DNA of 64,000 nucleotides from Candidatus Bathyarchaeota archaeon (GTDB lineage Archaea; Thermoproteota; Bathyarchaeia; Bathyarchaeales; Bathycorpusculaceae): NCBI GenBank assembly GCA_963715865.1, contig OY970280.1, positions 1,792,001 to 1,856,000 of the forward strand, read 5' to 3'. Shown piece by piece: positions 59,975 to 64,000 of this stretch (position 1 is its first letter; each line of letters starts with the position of its first letter). The notes under the pieces were generated by a model. It saw only the letters and a program-made list of their open reading frames with translations, ran no database searches and was not told where the DNA came from. The position numbers and the translations under genes were made by a program.

Positions 59975-60673
59975 TTAGCTAGAGCGCTCAAGCTTTATGG
60001 TTATGTTGGATTTATCGTCTTTCAGTATGGGCGAGATTCCAATTAGTCCATCTATCGTATGTATTCCTATCTGCGAATAAGGGCTCATACTTGGATACTT
60101 CGGCTGGATTTCACGTGTTAGTTTAGCGATGACACTCCAATGATACTGGATGCTTTCAGACAATGTTGAAAAGTCCTTTGAGTGTTTAATTGCCTTCAAC
60201 AGAAAGTCGCTTATGATATCAGCTTCTTCTTTGGTTGCTTCAACGGGACAGATGAGTGCAGGATTATTATCTTCGTACAAGCCTATCTCATCTCCGATTA
60301 AAGGATGCATGATGCCCAGTCTCAACTTCGGTTTATTCTCAACCAATGTCGTATACGTGAATATCCATCCTGTTAATTCGATGTCCCTTGCAGCTGTCAG
60401 CCAGAATTTTCGTTTATAGCTTATTCGAGCCTCTTTTATCATGCTAATTATTTGATTGGTATTTGTCACTTCTTCCTCTTTCAGTCTTCCTTTAACAATG
60501 TCTAAGAGTTGTACACTTCCGGCTCCTGTAATTAAGCCACATTTTGTTTTTTGGATTTTTTCGGAATCATCAATATAAGTGCACACGCTGCCATCCAAAT
60601 TGTACTGAGTAGTGCGGGTGTCAGCAGCAACCAAGGCATAGTTTCCAAAATTCACGCCTAACGCTATTGTCAT
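59975..60673 (-). CDS. Ntn-hydrolase, proteasome beta/HslV-like
   Basis: After Met removal: Thr1, Asp17, Arg19 (TIALGVNFGNYALVAADTR), then EKI..ITGAG matching the Lys33/Gly47 region; start at ATG 60673. Confidence 0.65.
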   Translation of the reverse strand: MTIALGVNFGNYALVAADTRTTQYNLDGSVCTYIDDSEKIQKTKCGLITGAGSVQLLDIVKGRLKEEEVTNTNQIISMIKEARISYKRKFWLTAARDIELTGWIFTYTTLVENKPKLRLGIMHPLIGDEIGLYEDNNPALICPVEATKEEADIISDFLLKAIKHSKDFSTLSESIQYHWSVIAKLTREIQPKYPSMSPYSQIGIHTIDGLIGISPILKDDKSNITIKLERSS

Positions 60674-60814
60674 TTCTTTCCCTCTGCCATAATAATAAGA
60701 TAGGGAATCAGAATACAAATAACCCTAACCCAAGTTAATAACTTCTCAATGCATCCATCTACAGTCCTTTGTGTCATAGATTCACACAAAACTGTCAATT
60801 GTGTTTTACGAGTT

Positions 60815-60849
60815 TGGTCGCGAGTCTAAAGCTAGCCCGAGGCTCCACT
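60815..60849 (+). repeat. att-like copy of tRNA-Thr 3' end
   Basis: TGGTCGCGAGTCTAAAGCTAGCCCGAGGCTCCACT versus TGGTCGCGGGTCCAAATCCCGCCCGAGGCTCCACT (29/35). Confidence 0.85.
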
Positions 60850-61852
60850 GATTCCCAAAAGCAGATTGATTTAAGCTCTGTTGATTCTGCTGACCGTTAC
60901 AGAATTCCGTAACGCCGTTGCAGTTTTCCGTAACGCCGAAGCCGCATTTTTGAAGCAACTCCATTTCTTCGCGAAGTTCCTGAACCTTAGAGTTTACACG
61001 ATAGCGGAGAACGCGACGGTAATCAGCATCAAAGTTTTCTGGCGACCACAGTTTTCCTTAGTTCATCTCACTATTTAATATGGTATGACAGACTTTCAAC
61101 TCTTCCATGCGCGACGCTCTTCTCCAACGTCGAAACTGGAACGCATATCGCATTTCTATTCATACCTCATAAGGTATAACGGTTTTTCTGCCTCTCTTCG
61201 TCTTTTTTGCTGAGGTATGTCCTTTGCGTTATTGATGTCCATAGCCATTTTCGAGGCCTCTGGTCGTAGTTCTTCTTGAATGATGAAGTAGAGTTTATCG
61301 TCGTTTAGGAGTTTGTCATATTTCTTAGCTTGAGAACTCGTTTTCTCACCTCTCGTGGGAAGTAAACTGTGCTTCAAGCAATCCCAAATGAGCATGTTTA
61401 CTTAGGATACTTATACTGTTTATGAATTTGAAATTCATGTTTGCAAGGAGACAATTGATGTTTTGCCAGGCTTGGTTCCGCAACACCTTCGTGATCCACA
61501 AGACGATTCTCGACAAGACCCTGCTGTATCTAATTGTCGCGAATTCAGGCAACATTATTCTCGTCGCCAAACATTATAAGGACACTGACTCCAACAGTAA
61601 GTGCTTGCCTTGTAAATGCAGTCCCGACACTCAGGATTACTAAAAGGTCTACGCTTACTCACAAAACACTCGCCGTTCAACTAATATACGCAGAATCTAC
61701 TTATAGGCTTTTTCAACCAACAAAAATGCAAACATTCCAAGACATTTGACAAGTTTTTCGGTTTCGGTTTTGTTTTTAGGTTCTTTTGGTTTGTTGGTGG
61801 CTAAGCAAGTTTTAATAAAGAAAAAACTGAGGGATGTTGGCTCGCTAAGATC

Positions 61853-62692
61853 TTATGGACCTGCGCTTTTCCACGCGACCGAGAAGCTTGTTCCGTCCGT
61901 TGACAGTGATGATGGGGAAGCTTTGGTTGTTGTGCCTCTATTGGTAACCATTGTTATCGTCTGAACTGCTGAACCGAAAGAGCTGATTTTCCCGTTGACT
62001 CCACTTATCGTAGCATAACAAGTTCCTGCAACAGCCGTAGTGTCCATACCAAAGTTTACAGTGCCGAAGTTTGCCAGTGGCAATACTCCTCGATATGATG
62101 AAGGTGCCTCTGCAATCCACTCTGCCGAAGACATTGCCGCGTTTGAAACAGTTCCTGTCGTCGTAAAAGACTTACCCGTCCTTCCATCCGAAATAGTAAC
62201 GGTGAATACGCTGCTTGCTCTGCCGAAAGAGCCCCTGCCCCAGCTACCTGAACTGCCTGAGTACGTCACGCTTGCAGAGATTGTGTCACCTGGCTTTATT
62301 GCTAGGGTGGTTATTGTGGACATTGGGCTTGGGTAGAACTCAAACCAAGCATAGTACACTGGTTTCCCGCCGGAGATGTCTGAATCGGTTCCTATTTGTT
62401 CTACAGTGCCAGAGTTGAAACCGTCGATTCCAACCCAGAAAGACGAATACGCTGTTGCCGAGCCAGTTACTGCAGGCACTACCCATGAGCCTTGAACTTT
62501 AGTCACCGAACCTTGCGAAGCTGTTACTGCATACCCGCACCAGTTAGTGCTTGACCAACTGCTGTCGCTTGAGCGCACTACGACCATTCCAGGCGCCATT
62601 ATTGGACTTGTGAGGGCAAATGCTGGGCTGAAAGCGGCTAAAAGCATGAGCGAACCAATGAGAAGCGTGGATAATTTGTTAGCGGTTTTCAT
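61853..62692 (-). CDS. Secreted G1-family glutamic endopeptidase (eqolisin)
   Basis: Signal peptide; SSTNWCGYAV, SFWVGIDG, VEQIGT (catalytic Q), SAEWIAEAP (catalytic E), LANFG.V.F. Confidence 0.88.
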   Translation of the reverse strand: MKTANKLSTLLIGSLMLLAAFSPAFALTSPIMAPGMVVVRSSDSSWSSTNWCGYAVTASQGSVTKVQGSWVVPAVTGSATAYSSFWVGIDGFNSGTVEQIGTDSDISGGKPVYYAWFEFYPSPMSTITTLAIKPGDTISASVTYSGSSGSWGRGSFGRASSVFTVTISDGRTGKSFTTTGTVSNAAMSSAEWIAEAPSSYRGVLPLANFGTVNFGMDTTAVAGTCYATISGVNGKISSFGSAVQTITMVTNRGTTTKASPSSLSTDGTSFSVAWKSAGP

Positions 62693-62937
62693 AATAATTA
62701 GCCCTTGCTGATGAGGGATTCGCTGGAATAAAAAGATTTCCCAAATTGGTGCAATCTAAAAATTGACATTTTAGCAAGCCGCTGAGCCATTTTATGTGTC
62801 GCCAAACTAAGCAAAATGGTTCCACTTCTTGGTTTAGCGGGCAATTAGAATCAAAAGGTTGATTTGTAAAAACCTTCTTATGCCATTGTTACAAGTGTTT
62901 TAAATAAGGGAGGGGAAACGCGGTTAACTTCTCGTTT

Positions 62938-64000
62938 GTGAAACGCGAGACTATTATTTTAGCCGTCTTACTTTTCGTCTCCTTCCTAGTCAGGGTTCTC
63001 TTGTTTCCACTGCAAGGGTACCAGAATGACATGGCAACTTTTTCTTACTGGTTTAACACTGCCGCTGAGCATGGCATAAGACCGTTTTACACTGTGGTTT
63101 GGCAGAATGTAGGATGGATTGATTATCCACCTTTCAATGTTTACATTTTCTGGGCATTCGGCTCCTTGGCAAAGGCAGTATCAACTTACGGAATTAGCAT
63201 AGTGAATATAGTTAAGTTGGTTCCTAACCTTTTCGATTTAGCCACGGGGCTGCTGATTTACGTTTTTGTTAGAAAACAGGCAAGTTTCAAACTTGCCCTT
63301 ATGGCTACGGCGCTTTACACTTTTAACCCAGCTGTAATCTACAACGCGGCAGTATGGGGCCAATTTGACGCAATTTACACCTTCTTTCTTATCCTCTCAC
63401 TTATACTTGCGCTTAAATCTAAACCTAAACTTTCCGCAACAGCCTTCGCCATAGGGCTTTTAACGAAGCCGCAAGGAATAGCTTTAGCGCCTCTGGTTGC
63501 TTTCTTGATTTACAAGAAAAACGGCTTGAAAAATCTGCTAGTTTCTGTGCTCGTGTTTACTGCGACGATTTTCTTGGTTATTCTTCCTTTTGAATGGAGC
63601 AATCCGATTACTTTCTTGAGTAACATTTACTTTGGAGCCTATGGAGGATACGCATACACTTCGATTAACGCTTTTAACCTGTGGGGCTTGTATGGCTTAT
63701 GGGTGCCTGATGGAAGCCTTTTCATCTTAGGTTGGGCATTATTCGGGGCTTTTGCTGTTTTCACTTTGTACTTCTTGCATAAGCGTTTTAACAATTCAGG
63801 CGAGATGCTTGCGATTTTCTCTGCATTCATGTTTTTCTTTGCCTTTTTCATGCTTCCAACTAGGATTCACGAGCGGTACCTGTTTCCAGCCATAAGCGTT
63901 TTGGCACTGATGTTTCCATTCATCAAAAAGGCACGTCCACTGTATGTGGCTTTGACGGCGACCTTGTTTATCAATGAAGCGTACGTTCTCTACTGGCTTA
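62938..64000 (+). CDS. GT-C fold membrane glycosyltransferase (mannosyltransferase-like), runs off the window end
   Basis: Read by hand from GTG 62938: multi-TM with WIDYPP, FNPAVIYNAAVWGQFD, KPQG, IHERY; no stop before 64000, so absent from ORF track. Confidence 0.82.
   Translation, partial: MKRETIILAVLLFVSFLVRVLLFPLQGYQNDMATFSYWFNTAAEHGIRPFYTVVWQNVGWIDYPPFNVYIFWAFGSLAKAVSTYGISIVNIVKLVPNLFDLATGLLIYVFVRKQASFKLALMATALYTFNPAVIYNAAVWGQFDAIYTFFLILSLILALKSKPKLSATAFAIGLLTKPQGIALAPLVAFLIYKKNGLKNLLVSVLVFTATIFLVILPFEWSNPITFLSNIYFGAYGGYAYTSINAFNLWGLYGLWVPDGSLFILGWALFGAFAVFTLYFLHKRFNNSGEMLAIFSAFMFFFAFFMLPTRIHERYLFPAISVLALMFPFIKKARPLYVALTATLFINEAYVLYWL

Larger units (their letters stand above)
54995..60849. 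mobile_element. Island integrated at tRNA-Thr 3' end (about 5.9 kb)
   Basis: 35-bp direct repeat 54960-54994 / 60815-60849 with identical 15-bp core GCCCGAGGCTCCACT; AT-richer, Lys-rich cargo; no intact integrase seen. Confidence 0.8.

Noticed and set aside
61080-61760. Short overlapping ORFs to the right of the tRNA-Thr island
   Set aside because: Fragmented with no recognisable motif; likely debris of an older element.
1-64000. CRISPR array or cas operon, prompted by the Cas4-like gene
   Set aside because: No regularly spaced 24-40-bp identical repeats with unique spacers and no cas1/cas2/cas3 motifs seen anywhere in the window.

Overview
Archaeal chromosomal window, most likely Bathyarchaeia/TACK. 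This lineage is inferred from aIF2-alpha, the ADH-synthase/DHQ-synthase-II shikimate route, GHMP-type shikimate kinase, Orc1/Cdc6-like sequence and GGTGA-type RBSs. 0-6.4 kb: two arsC/arsR modules and a P1B ATPase. 6.5-16 kb: rpiA, membrane proteins, a putative operon pairing a membrane protein with a 10-Cys C-terminal tail with an RRE-radical SAM/SPASM enzyme, and DNA-repair-like genes. 16.3-34 kb: ilvBH-leuCDBA-pheA, convergent with a complete archaeal aromatic amino acid operon headed by aspartokinase. 34-47.2 kb: housekeeping genes (IMPase, pyrF, aconitase, DtxR-FeoA/FeoB with three 21-bp-spaced operators, aIF2-alpha). 47.3-64 kb: accessory region built around back-to-back tRNA-Leu(TAG) and tRNA-Thr(GGT), each with a degenerate copy of its 3' end about 5.5-5.9 kb away, i.e. 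two integrated islands. The tRNA-Thr island carries the best candidate for an undescribed system: a tightly coupled four-gene operon (DNA amino-methyltransferase, Cas4/Csa1-like Fe-S nuclease, multi-winged-helix protein, AAA+ ATPase), plus a proteasome-beta-like Ntn hydrolase and a truncated Cdc6. No CRISPR array or rRNA was seen. Three genes carry +1 frameshifts that may be sequencing artefacts. All family calls come from reading motifs by eye; no database search was run.
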